A stretch of 64,000 nucleotides of DNA from Anaerovoracaceae bacterium (lineage in GTDB: Bacteria; Bacillota; Clostridia; Peptostreptococcales; Anaerovoracaceae). Positions 54,950 through 63,687 of this stretch are shown here, piece after piece; position 1 is the stretch's first letter; each line of letters starts with the position of its first letter. The notes under the pieces are model-generated. The model was not told the origin of the DNA, searched no databases, and saw only the letters and a program-made list of their open reading frames with translations. A program made the position numbers and the translations under genes. The stretch covers positions 1,766 through 65,765 of the forward strand of contig JAZQCD010000010.1 of assembly GCA_045546135.1 (NCBI GenBank), written 5' to 3'.

Positions 54950-54973
54950 TGAAACGCCTTTTTTATAGTCTCT

Positions 54974-55567
54974 TTAGAACTTTTCAAGTCCTGCTTTTCT
55001 TAGGATGATGCATCCAAGGAACAGGAGAGCCTGTCCTAAAATGTTGATCCCTTCTGCAGCCCAGTTCATGTAGGCCTTATCGAAATTCTTTGAGGACAGA
55101 TATCCCATCATCATGCAAAGGAAGAAGGATACGACGAAGCATGCAAGAGCGGAACCTTTCTTCATCTTTGATGAGACAAAAGCAAGGGATGCATTGGATG
55201 CTCCCAGGCCCACTACCATGATGCCGACCAAAGCCATGGTGGGTATGAAGCCGTTGACTGTTTTTCTCTTCTTTCCCATGACGACTGTTGTAAGGGTGAT
55301 ACCTGCGATGAGGAAACCGAATGCCTGGTTGGAGAACATCTGGTTCGACATCCACTGGAAATCTCCTACGCCTGCAGCATAGAGGAGCTTGTAAAGAGCC
55401 TTGAGGCCTCCTGCTGCTACTACCATGAGAGTGCCCACTCTGTAGAGGACGGACTGAGCTGTGCTCATTTTGTGTTTCAGGTCTTTTGCGACTATATTCG
55501 TGGCCAGGAAATAGAGTATGACCGGAATAAAGTCGACTATGGCCATTGGAATGCTGAATTCTTTCAT
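54974..55567 (-). CDS. integral membrane protein, unknown function
   Basis: 197 aa with about six hydrophobic helices. It is the last gene of a four-gene minus-strand operon. Confidence 0.5.
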   Translation of the reverse strand: MKEFSIPMAIVDFIPVILYFLATNIVAKDLKHKMSTAQSVLYRVGTLMVVAAGGLKALYKLLYAAGVGDFQWMSNQMFSNQAFGFLIAGITLTTVVMGKKRKTVNGFIPTMALVGIMVVGLGASNASLAFVSSKMKKGSALACFVVSFFLCMMMGYLSSKNFDKAYMNWAAEGINILGQALLFLGCIILRKAGLEKF

Positions 55568-55571
55568 ATGA

Positions 55572-56399
55572 TCAGTCCCTGTAAACTTTCATTGAATGAT
55601 ACTGCTTTGTGAATGGGAAGAGAAGCGGTGTCGTATCTGAATATTTCTGATATTCAGGATCGAGGCCGTAGTTCTTTTCCTGCCTGAGTTCAAGCCTTTG
55701 CGCTGAATTGTACATTACGAAGGTGATGAGGCAAAGAGCGATAGCAGCGATTATCCACTGCTTGCCCCGGATGGCTCCGATGCCTGATACTGTGACTCCT
55801 ACCCAGAACATGATCTCTGAGAAATAGTTGGGGCACCTTACATACTTGTAAAGGCCTGTGTCACAGAAGCGCTTTGGATTGATCTTTTTTGCTGCGGACT
55901 TCTGGCTGTCAGCTGTTGCTTCTCCTATGATGGCAAGGATCATGATGACTATACCTATCCATGCGAATACGTTGTCGGGAGCTCTGTTGATGACTCTGTA
56001 GGAAAGGGCTGATGTCTCTGCTGTATACATGAGCATGGAATAGACCCACATGAAGAGAGATACAGGGATAGGCATTGCCTTTGTAGAACCTGTCGACTCA
56101 AGAGTCTTCTTGTAGTGAGCATTGGTCAGCTCACGCTTTAGGATATATCCGCCGAGCCTGTATCCGTAGATGATGAAAAGTACGGACATGACGCCTGTTG
56201 CTATGGTAAGGGTTCCGTTTATGAGTCCGAATGCAAGATGGAATATACCTATGCACATTACAGCAAAGCCGTAACCAACGGACATGAACCATACGAATTC
56301 CTTAAATCCCATGCAGCAGCCAAGAGCTGCAACAAGTGTTACTCCCCACATGAAGAGGGGCCATACCTGCCCGATATATGAAGGATCCAATGTGAACAT
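55572..56399 (-). CDS. DUF1295 / steroid-5-alpha-reductase-like membrane protein
   Basis: A polytopic protein with YKYVRCPNYFSEIMFWVG, which resembles the RHPNYFGE motif of the family. Confidence 0.65.
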   Translation of the reverse strand: MFTLDPSYIGQVWPLFMWGVTLVAALGCCMGFKEFVWFMSVGYGFAVMCIGIFHLAFGLINGTLTIATGVMSVLFIIYGYRLGGYILKRELTNAHYKKTLESTGSTKAMPIPVSLFMWVYSMLMYTAETSALSYRVINRAPDNVFAWIGIVIMILAIIGEATADSQKSAAKKINPKRFCDTGLYKYVRCPNYFSEIMFWVGVTVSGIGAIRGKQWIIAAIALCLITFVMYNSAQRLELRQEKNYGLDPEYQKYSDTTPLLFPFTKQYHSMKVYRD

Positions 56400-57262
56400 T
56401 ACTTGTCACCTCCGAAATATTCTTTTATATATTCTGCAAATGATGCATCTCCTGTCACATCCTTACCGACAAGGTCGTGGGAGAGTGTCCACTTGGAGAA
56501 GAGGATTATGTCGTGCTTTCCTTCCTTTTTGATCTTCGGAAGGTTTGCAAGGATACCGAACATCCATACAGGAGAATCCTTGATGATGACTGGCTTTCCT
56601 GCTGCTCTAAAGCACATCTTTGCCATCTCTTCGTAGGTGTAGGTCTCTTTTCCGCCTACTTCGTAGATCTTGTTGTCGTCGCACATATGCTCTACTATGA
56701 ACTTTGCAAAGTCAGGGCAGTCGATGACGTTTGCTTTGATGTCGTGATAACCTTTGAGGAGCTGCATCTCGCCCTTGTCTACATAAGGCTTAAAGACCTT
56801 TGCTATGTCATAGAAATATCCTGTCGGTCTGTAGATGACATAGGGCATGTCTCCCTTGAAGATCTCGTCTTCGAACATTGCTTTTGCGTGGAGCATAGGT
56901 ACCTTTTCAGCGCCGGGCTCTCTGCAAGCGATAACTGAGATATAGTTGAATTTCTTTACTCCTGCCTTTACTGCTTCTTTGTAAAGGTTAAGGTTTCCCT
57001 GATAGTCAACATCATAGGATGTGAGTTTTGTGGATGCTCCTGTAAGTCCCATGGTGGTGATGACAAGGTCTGCTCCGTCGCAGACGCCTTCGAGGGTCTT
57101 TGGATCTGTAGCATCGATGGATTTGAATACATATTTGCCTTCAAGTCCGTTGTTTTCCTTTTCCTTAAGGTCTAAAGCGGCTACCTCGTGTCCCTGTTCG
57201 ATGAGGACCTTCAGTATTTCGAATCCAAGATTTCCGAAGGCTCCTGCCAGTAATACTTTCAT
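56399..57262 (-). CDS. NAD(P)-binding atypical SDR (NmrA-like) protein
   Basis: MKVLLAGAFGNLGFEILKVL Rossmann motif. It overlaps the downstream gene by 1 nt. Confidence 0.75.
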   Translation of the reverse strand: MKVLLAGAFGNLGFEILKVLIEQGHEVAALDLKEKENNGLEGKYVFKSIDATDPKTLEGVCDGADLVITTMGLTGASTKLTSYDVDYQGNLNLYKEAVKAGVKKFNYISVIACREPGAEKVPMLHAKAMFEDEIFKGDMPYVIYRPTGYFYDIAKVFKPYVDKGEMQLLKGYHDIKANVIDCPDFAKFIVEHMCDDNKIYEVGGKETYTYEEMAKMCFRAAGKPVIIKDSPVWMFGILANLPKIKKEGKHDIILFSKWTLSHDLVGKDVTGDASFAEYIKEYFGGDK

Positions 57263-57306
57263 TTCATAATACCTGCTTTCTTTAAAACATTTATGTCAAT
57301 TAATGA

Positions 57307-57951
57307 TCATCCGAAAAGAATAGTGTCGAAGAATTCTCTTGTTTTATCCTTGCCCCAGTTTTTGATGAAGTTGTCTGTTGAAGTGCCGCCTTCTTCTATG
57401 AGGCGGTGAGAATAGGCCCTTGCTTTTTCTTTCTTTTCTTCCTTGCTGCAGGGGACTGCAGTCTTTAAAAGTTTTAGGAATGCATCAGAATATTCGTCTT
57501 CAAGAGCATCGACTTTGTCGCTTTCTTCAAGGCCTACGCTTTTTGCAAGGGTGCCCTTTAACTGAAGCTCATCATACCAGCGGGACTGCATGGGCATGTC
57601 TGAAAGGCCTTTATATTTTGAGCAAATATCCTCGAAGCTTTTTGTGTCTATTCCCTTTTGAAGGAGAGTGTCATAAAGTTCAAAGATCACCATGTCCTTT
57701 CCTCCTGCGACTATCCTGTCTGAAGAAAGGAGCGGTGCGTCTATTTCAAGAGGATCTATGACCAAAGTCTCCATTTTCATGGCGCCTCCCATGCCGGAAG
57801 CTTTCATGAAACCAACATGCCCAAGGCCTTTTATATAAAAGCCTTGGGTCTCAAAATCCATGCCTGTCATTTCAAAGGATGAAAACCTTTGGTCTGCGAC
57901 TTTTTCAAGCTCATATTCTTTATTCAGTTTCTCTAGTATCTTTTCAAGCAT
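57307..57951 (-). CDS. hypothetical cytoplasmic protein
   Basis: A 214-aa ORF with no motif I recognise. It is the first gene of the operon. Confidence 0.45.
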   Translation of the reverse strand: MLEKILEKLNKEYELEKVADQRFSSFEMTGMDFETQGFYIKGLGHVGFMKASGMGGAMKMETLVIDPLEIDAPLLSSDRIVAGGKDMVIFELYDTLLQKGIDTKSFEDICSKYKGLSDMPMQSRWYDELQLKGTLAKSVGLEESDKVDALEDEYSDAFLKLLKTAVPCSKEEKKEKARAYSHRLIEEGGTSTDNFIKNWGKDKTREFFDTILFG

Positions 57952-58105
57952 AATGTCTCCCTTATATTTATTGAACCTATGTGCTAAGGCCTGTGGATAT
58001 GTAAGATATTTTTTGATACAATTACCAAAAGGCTTCGTCCAAGGTGATATAATTAGGATAAATATATATTACTATATATGTATTATATCTTAAAAAGGAT
58101 AAATT

Positions 58106-58960
58106 ATGTACAGAATTGTAAGGAAAAAAGTGCTTAATCCGTCTGTCGTTCAGATGGAGATCGAAGCCCCTCTTGTTGCAAGAAAGGCAAGACCGGGTCA
58201 GTTCATAATCCTGAGGGCTTCAGAGGAAGGCGAGAGGATACCTCTCACAGTAGCAGGAACAAACAAAGACGAAGGAACAGTAAAGATCATATTTCAGATA
58301 GTTGGAGGGACGACAAAAGAACTCTCCTGTAAAAACGAAGGAGATCATTTGCCGGACTTCGTAGGACCCCTTGGAGAGCCTACAAAGACAGAAGGGCTAA
58401 AAAGGGTATGCATAGTAGGCGGCGGCGTAGGCTGCGCCATTGCAATGCCAATTGCAAAGGAACTCCATGACCTTGGAGCAAAGGTCACTTCCATCATAGG
58501 TTTTAGGAGCAAGGACATAGTCATACTCGAAGATGAGTTCAGCAAGTGCTCAGATGAGCTCATAGTGATGACTGATGACGGAAGCTACGGAAAGAAGGGT
58601 AATGTAACCCTTCCTTTAAAGGATATGCTTGAAAAGGGAGAAAACTTTGACGAGATCATAGCCATAGGACCCATCATCATGATGAAATTCGTAGTAGAGA
58701 CTGCAAGGCCCTACGGCATACCTGTAACTGTCTCCATGAACCCAATTATGATAGACGGTACAGGAATGTGCGGAGGCTGCAGACTGACCCTTGTAAAGGA
58801 CGGCAAGAGAGTCATGAAGTTTGCATGCGTGGACGGACCTGATTTTGACGGCTACGAAGTAGATTTTGACGAAGCAATGTCAAGAAACAGGATGTATTCT
58901 GATTTTGAAAGGCATGCATACGATAAGGCATGCAATCTTTTCGGCAAGGAGGCAAAGTGA
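58106..58960 (+). CDS. nfnA: NADH-dependent reduced ferredoxin:NADP+ oxidoreductase small subunit (FAD/NAD-binding, PyrK-like)
   Basis: 284 aa: RPGQFIILR, GGGVGCA, and a C-terminal Cys cluster (GTGMCGGCR). Confidence 0.8.
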   Translation: MYRIVRKKVLNPSVVQMEIEAPLVARKARPGQFIILRASEEGERIPLTVAGTNKDEGTVKIIFQIVGGTTKELSCKNEGDHLPDFVGPLGEPTKTEGLKRVCIVGGGVGCAIAMPIAKELHDLGAKVTSIIGFRSKDIVILEDEFSKCSDELIVMTDDGSYGKKGNVTLPLKDMLEKGENFDEIIAIGPIIMMKFVVETARPYGIPVTVSMNPIMIDGTGMCGGCRLTLVKDGKRVMKFACVDGPDFDGYEVDFDEAMSRNRMYSDFERHAYDKACNLFGKEAK

Positions 58961-60372
58961 TGGCAAATATCAAAGACAGGAATCCTATGCCCTCCCAATC
59001 ACCAAAGATAAGGGCTCATAATTTCATGGAAGTAGCTCTCGGATACGATGAAGAGACTGCTCTTTCAGAAGCTTCAAGATGCCTTGGATGCAAAAACAGG
59101 CCCTGCGTTACAGGCTGCCCTGTAAATATCAAGATACCCGATTTCATAAAAAAGATAACAGAAAAAGATTACGAAGGCGCATTTAAGATCATCAGCAAAG
59201 ATTCATCTCTTCCTGCAGTTTGCGGCAGAGTTTGTCCTCAGGAAAGCCAGTGCGAATCAAAGTGCACTCTTGGCATAAAGTATGAGCCTGTTGCCATAGG
59301 AAGGCTCGAAAGATTCGTTGCTGACTATCACAGGGAGCACAGTGAAGAAAAGCCTTTAGCGTCTGCTTCAAACGGACACAAGGTGGCAGTAGTAGGTTCA
59401 GGACCTTCAGGCCTTACATGCGCTGGAGACCTCGCAAAGAAGGGTTACAAAGTCACTGTATATGAAGCGCTTCATACAGCAGGCGGAGTCCTTGTTTACG
59501 GTATCCCTGAATTCAGGCTACCAAAATCCATAGTAGCTGCAGAAGTAGACGGTCTTAAAGCGCTTGGAGTAGATGTTGAGACCAACGTCGTCATAGGAAA
59601 GACACTGACTGTAGACGAGCTCTTTGACATGGGCTTTGAAGCTGTCTTCATAGGTTCCGGAGCAGGGCTTCCCAATTTCATGGGGATCCCCGGAGAATCT
59701 TTAAAGGGTGTATATTCTGCAAATGAGTTTTTGACAAGATCGAACCTCATGAAAGCATATTCAGATGACCCTGCTACTCCTATCATGAAGGGCGGAAGGG
59801 TCGCTGTAGTAGGCGGCGGAAATGTAGCTATGGATGCTGCAAGGACAGCTTTAAGGCTTGGGGCAGAGAAGGTCTACATAGTATACAGAAGGTCCATGGA
59901 AGAACTTCCTGCAAGAAAGGAAGAAGTGGAGCATGCCATCGAAGAGGGCATAGACTTCAGGCTCCTCAACAATCCTGTAGAGATCATAGGATATGAAAAT
60001 ACAGAGGATGCAAGGGACCCAAAGAACGGTTTTGTCTGCGGCATGAAATGTATCAGGATGGAACTTGGAGAACCTGACGCATCAGGCAGGAGAAGACCTG
60101 TTGAGATCGAAGGGTCTGAATTCGTCCTCGATGTAGATACAGTCATCATGGCCATAGGCACATCTCCTAATCCTCTCATCAAAAATACGACAAAGGGACT
60201 CGAAGTAGGAAGAAAGGGCGGCATCATAGTAAATGAAGACGGCCTTACATCAAGAGAGGCTGTCTATGCAGGCGGCGACGCTGTAACAGGTTCTGCGACC
60301 GTTATATCGGCCATGGGAGCAGGAAAGCTTGCAGCAAAGTCCATAGATGAGTACCTGAGCAAGAAACAATAG
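58960..60372 (+). CDS. nfnB: NfnB / homotetrameric glutamate-synthase-small-chain-like subunit
   Basis: The start overlaps the nfnA stop (TGATG). Two Fe-S Cys clusters (CLGCKNRPC..GCP; CGRVCP..C) and two dinucleotide folds (VVGSGPSG, VVGGGNVAMD). Confidence 0.85.
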   Translation: MANIKDRNPMPSQSPKIRAHNFMEVALGYDEETALSEASRCLGCKNRPCVTGCPVNIKIPDFIKKITEKDYEGAFKIISKDSSLPAVCGRVCPQESQCESKCTLGIKYEPVAIGRLERFVADYHREHSEEKPLASASNGHKVAVVGSGPSGLTCAGDLAKKGYKVTVYEALHTAGGVLVYGIPEFRLPKSIVAAEVDGLKALGVDVETNVVIGKTLTVDELFDMGFEAVFIGSGAGLPNFMGIPGESLKGVYSANEFLTRSNLMKAYSDDPATPIMKGGRVAVVGGGNVAMDAARTALRLGAEKVYIVYRRSMEELPARKEEVEHAIEEGIDFRLLNNPVEIIGYENTEDARDPKNGFVCGMKCIRMELGEPDASGRRRPVEIEGSEFVLDVDTVIMAIGTSPNPLIKNTTKGLEVGRKGGIIVNEDGLTSREAVYAGGDAVTGSATVISAMGAGKLAAKSIDEYLSKKQ

Positions 60373-61086
60373 ATGAACATATTTCTTTCAGCAAATGAAT
60401 ATACAAAAGAGCAGCAGGAAGAAAGAGACCTTGTCATAGCATCCCTTGAAAGGCAGGGCTTTAAACTTGTTTCTGATATTTCCTCCTGCGACCTTGCTGT
60501 GTCTTTAGGAGGAGACGGAGCGCTTCTTAGGGCTGCTGCTTTAGCTTTGAGAGACGATAGGCCTATCATCGGTATCAATGCGGGTATGCTTGGCTTTCTT
60601 TGCGCTTTGAAGCTTTGCGATATAGAGGACTTTGGAAAAGTTCTTAATGATTCTTTGGTCAGCGAAAGGCTGGTCCTTGAAACGAGCACAAGCAAAGGAA
60701 AGCTCTTTGCAGTAAACGATATAGTCTTTGGCAAAAGGTATTTCGGAAGACCTGTTGATATATATGCAGCTGCAGGCGAAAAAGAACTCCTCTCCTTTAA
60801 AGGAGACGGACTAATAGTTTCTACGCCTACAGGATCTACTGCATACAGCAAAAATGCGGGAGGCCCTGTCCTTGAGGCAGGCAGTTCTTCTTTTGTCCTT
60901 ACTCCTATCTGCGCTCCGGCAAAGCCTGTGATACTTGATGAAAAAGAAAATGTGACAGTGTCTCTTAAAAAAGGAGAATGGGATATATTCATCGACGGAG
61001 AAAAGCTTGATGAAAGCTGCAGTAAGCTTTCTTTGCAGCCATCATCAAAGAGCCTTAAGCTCCTTCTTCCAAAAGGCAGGTTCTGA
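60373..61086 (+). CDS. nadK: NAD kinase
   Basis: GGDGALL, INAGMLGFL, GDGLIVSTPTGSTAYS. It starts directly after the nfnB stop. Confidence 0.85.
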   Translation: MNIFLSANEYTKEQQEERDLVIASLERQGFKLVSDISSCDLAVSLGGDGALLRAAALALRDDRPIIGINAGMLGFLCALKLCDIEDFGKVLNDSLVSERLVLETSTSKGKLFAVNDIVFGKRYFGRPVDIYAAAGEKELLSFKGDGLIVSTPTGSTAYSKNAGGPVLEAGSSSFVLTPICAPAKPVILDEKENVTVSLKKGEWDIFIDGEKLDESCSKLSLQPSSKSLKLLLPKGRF

Positions 61087-61162
61087 ATATATCAGCACAA
61101 AAAAATGGGCGATTTCGCCCACACGATAGTTTACAGATCACCAAAGCAATAGATCATGGCAT

Positions 61163-61191
61163 AAAAAAGTTCCCATCAAGGGAACTTTTTT
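61163..61191. terminator. bidirectional terminator
   Basis: AAAAAAGTTCCC-ATCAA-GGGAACTTTTTT. Confidence 0.8.
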
Positions 61192-61834
61192 ATCTAAGAA
61201 GCTGAATGTCGCTTACATCTATCTTGTCTGCTATCTCCTTTGACCTTTCGGCAAGGGTATTGAGAGCATCCGAGTTGATGCCAAGAAGCAGAGCAAAGAC
61301 CTTTGAAGGGTCGAGGCTTATGCTGTCCTCTGACAGATCCGAGTAGGTGCCTTCGTAGTATCTTTGCCAGACCATATAGAAGGCGGCGAGGGACATGTCT
61401 GTGTAGAATTCGATCTCTTCCTTGCTCTTCTCTATGCCGTAGTACTTTGCTATCTCCGCGACAGAAAGCTCGAGCCTCTCCCTTGTGACTTTGACAAAAT
61501 CATCTATGGAAGCCATCTCCGAGATGAATCTTACATTGGCCTTATCCTTTACTATGATCTTGTAATGAAGTCTCATATGAACGAATCTTCTAAGGAGAGG
61601 GTTTTCTATGTCTCCTGCAGCGCTGTCCATACGTTTGTAGATATGCTCTACGGCCTCTATTATGATCTCGTTAGCGATGTTTGATTTTTGTTTGAAGTAA
61701 TAGGAAATCCAGGATGGCTGCAGATCGAGGGCCTGCGTGACCTCCCTCATGGTGGTGCCTTTATATCCTTTTTCGGCAAAAAGCTCTTTAGCTTTGTTGT
61801 AAATTGCCAGTTTTGTGCGATCACCTTTTTCCAT
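61190..61834 (-). CDS. TetR-family transcriptional regulator
   Basis: AKELFAEKGYKGTTMREVTQALDLQPSWISYYFKQK. Confidence 0.8.
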   Translation of the reverse strand: MEKGDRTKLAIYNKAKELFAEKGYKGTTMREVTQALDLQPSWISYYFKQKSNIANEIIIEAVEHIYKRMDSAAGDIENPLLRRFVHMRLHYKIIVKDKANVRFISEMASIDDFVKVTRERLELSVAEIAKYYGIEKSKEEIEFYTDMSLAAFYMVWQRYYEGTYSDLSEDSISLDPSKVFALLLGINSDALNTLAERSKEIADKIDVSDIQLLR

Positions 61835-61943
61835 ACCTTGATTTTAGTTCCGAAATGGACAATAGTCAATAATATGATCAATAAAAAAAAGTGATTTTTA
61901 AAGCATTTTTTTAAAAACAGCTTAATATTTCTGATGTTGTAAA

Positions 61944-61988
61944 AAATGCAATTTTGCATTTGACTTTAAAAATGAAATAATATATATT
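61944..61988 (+). promoter_or_regulatory. candidate promoter with an overlapping 18-bp palindrome (possible TetR operator)
   Basis: AAATGCAA-TT-TTGCATTT (61944-61961) overlaps TTGACT (61960-61965). A 17-nt spacer precedes TATATT (61983-61988). Confidence 0.45.
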
Positions 61989-61994
61989 CATTTT

Positions 61995-62171
61995 AGGTTT
62001 TTGGATGATCTTAAATCTAAAGGACCATAAATAGACATTTGGACAGGATATGGTCAAACATATAACCACGCTACAATAGCCAAAAGCTATTGCATATAGT
62101 AATGGCTTACTTAACGGGCAAGCCAATTTACTACCTCCCCATCCCCCGCTCGCCGCGGGGGATAATTTTTT
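61995..62171 (+). ncRNA. candidate structured leader or small RNA ending in an intrinsic terminator
   Basis: It lies downstream of the promoter above. Hairpins: GGACCATA..TATGGTC, CAATAGC-CAAAA-GCTATTG, TGGCTT..AAGCCA, then CCCCCGC-TCGCC-GCGGGGG + ATAATTTTTT (62143-62171). I could not match it to a known riboswitch class. Confidence 0.35.
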
Positions 62172-62293
62172 AGCATTAACCACCATTGTATGATAAAATA
62201 AAAAATAGTTTCTGTGAATAATATGCTTGGCCATTCACTTTTTCGGCTGAATGGATGGCAGCATGAATGATATAGGTAAGGAGAAATATTATC

Positions 62294-63664
62294 ATGAAGA
62301 GTCCTCTGATCAAAAGGGTTGCAGTACTGTTGATTGCTCTTCTTGTTTGCTTTGTACCCTTTGATCTTGTCTTTGGGTCTTCGGACAATTCCTACGGGAA
62401 ATGCCCGGGCTGCGGAGGAGATCTCGTATTTACAGGATGGACGACAGAACCTACCTGCACTGAAAACGGATACGGATGGGTCACTTGCGTAAACGGTGAT
62501 TACCGCACTCAGATAGAGGAAGCTGCATACGGTCACGATTTTCATTCTGAGACTTTCAAAGAAGCCAGCTGCGTAGAGAATGGCCTTGTAGTCTATACCT
62601 GCTATAACTGCTGGTACAGCTTTGAAGAAACTACAGAAGCTTTAGGTCACGATCTTTCATACACTGATATCGAACCGACCTGTACCGAAGAAGGTCACCA
62701 CGACGGTCACTGCTCGAGATGCGGAGCCGATTTCAAGGAGACCATTCCTGCAAAGGGACATAAATATCCTTACCTTTGGACCGTAGAACAAGAAGCCGGA
62801 TTCTTTAGAGAAGGCCTTGAGACAAAGACCTGCGAAGTATGCGGCGAAAAGATGAGCAGGAGCATACCAAAGAAGGACAAGTCGCCTTTGGTATTTGCAG
62901 CCATAGGAACTGTTGCAGCTATCCTTCTCATCATCGTTCTTGTGATCAAGCCGAAGAAAAAGAAAGAAAAGCCTGTTTCGAATGCAAAACAGGTGCGGTC
63001 AGTAAAACCTGAAGTATTGCCTTTAGAAAAGGAAATGATCCCGGCAGCAAAAGAAGATGCTCCGGTTTCCTTAGCAAAGGAAGGACAGCTCTCAGAAAAA
63101 GAAGAAGCAAAAGAATTTCCAAAGGTAGTCATATGGCCTCCTAAAAATAAGGAGGAACCAAAGCCTGATGTAGTAATATGGCCTCCTTCGCTTGCTGAAA
63201 AAGAGGAAGTAATGCCGCAGGTCATCAAATGGCCGCCTGAGCTGTTTGAAGAGGTCCTTGTATGCACTAAGAACGAAAAGCTTCTTGGCATACTTAAAAG
63301 AAAGCATTTCCTCGGAGTAAAGACCTGCGAAAAAGAAGAACTTTTTAAGACTCTTGAGGATTCAGCTCCTGATCTTCTCATTGCAGACATATCCGATAAC
63401 TATACCTTCGAGACTCTCCTTGAAAAGAAAAAGGATGAGCTGAAAAATACTGCCCTTGGCCTCATCATATGCGGAGAACCTAGTGACGAAGGAAGAGAAG
63501 AACTCGATCAATTCAAAAAGGACGGATCGGTCCTAGAATACTTCTTTGAAGGCGACGATCCTTATGAGATGGCAATAGGTTTCGAGCTTCCTGTGCTGAA
63601 ACCCGATCTTAATTCTGATGCTACCTTAAAGAATGAAGGCAAAATAGCCGGACCTGATGAATAA
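62294..63664 (+). CDS. single-pass membrane protein: extracellular Cys-rich GH...C.E.G....C..C repeats, intracellular WPP repeats and an alpha/beta (receiver-like) domain
   Basis: 456 aa with a signal/anchor and about four Cys-rich units. The TM helix (LVFAAIGTVAAILLIIVLVI) is followed by KPKKKK and three repeats of about 17 aa containing V(V/I)(I/K)WPP. A C-terminal alternating beta/alpha pattern follows. Confidence 0.6.
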   Translation: MKSPLIKRVAVLLIALLVCFVPFDLVFGSSDNSYGKCPGCGGDLVFTGWTTEPTCTENGYGWVTCVNGDYRTQIEEAAYGHDFHSETFKEASCVENGLVVYTCYNCWYSFEETTEALGHDLSYTDIEPTCTEEGHHDGHCSRCGADFKETIPAKGHKYPYLWTVEQEAGFFREGLETKTCEVCGEKMSRSIPKKDKSPLVFAAIGTVAAILLIIVLVIKPKKKKEKPVSNAKQVRSVKPEVLPLEKEMIPAAKEDAPVSLAKEGQLSEKEEAKEFPKVVIWPPKNKEEPKPDVVIWPPSLAEKEEVMPQVIKWPPELFEEVLVCTKNEKLLGILKRKHFLGVKTCEKEELFKTLEDSAPDLLIADISDNYTFETLLEKKKDELKNTALGLIICGEPSDEGREELDQFKKDGSVLEYFFEGDDPYEMAIGFELPVLKPDLNSDATLKNEGKIAGPDE

Positions 63665-63687
63665 TACAAAAAAAGGGGGAGAAATGA

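Noticed and set aside
60264-60992. 242-aa minus-strand ORF covering nadK
   Set aside because: It is antisense to a gene with all the NAD kinase motifs, it is Ser/Pro-rich and low in complexity, and it has no RBS.
61911-62545. Minus-strand ORFs 61911-62234 and 62111-62545 in the TetR / membrane-protein intergenic region
   Set aside because: They run through a promoter, a terminator hairpin and the 5' end of the 62294 gene. They have no RBS and an implausible sequence. The region is better explained as a structured plus-strand leader.
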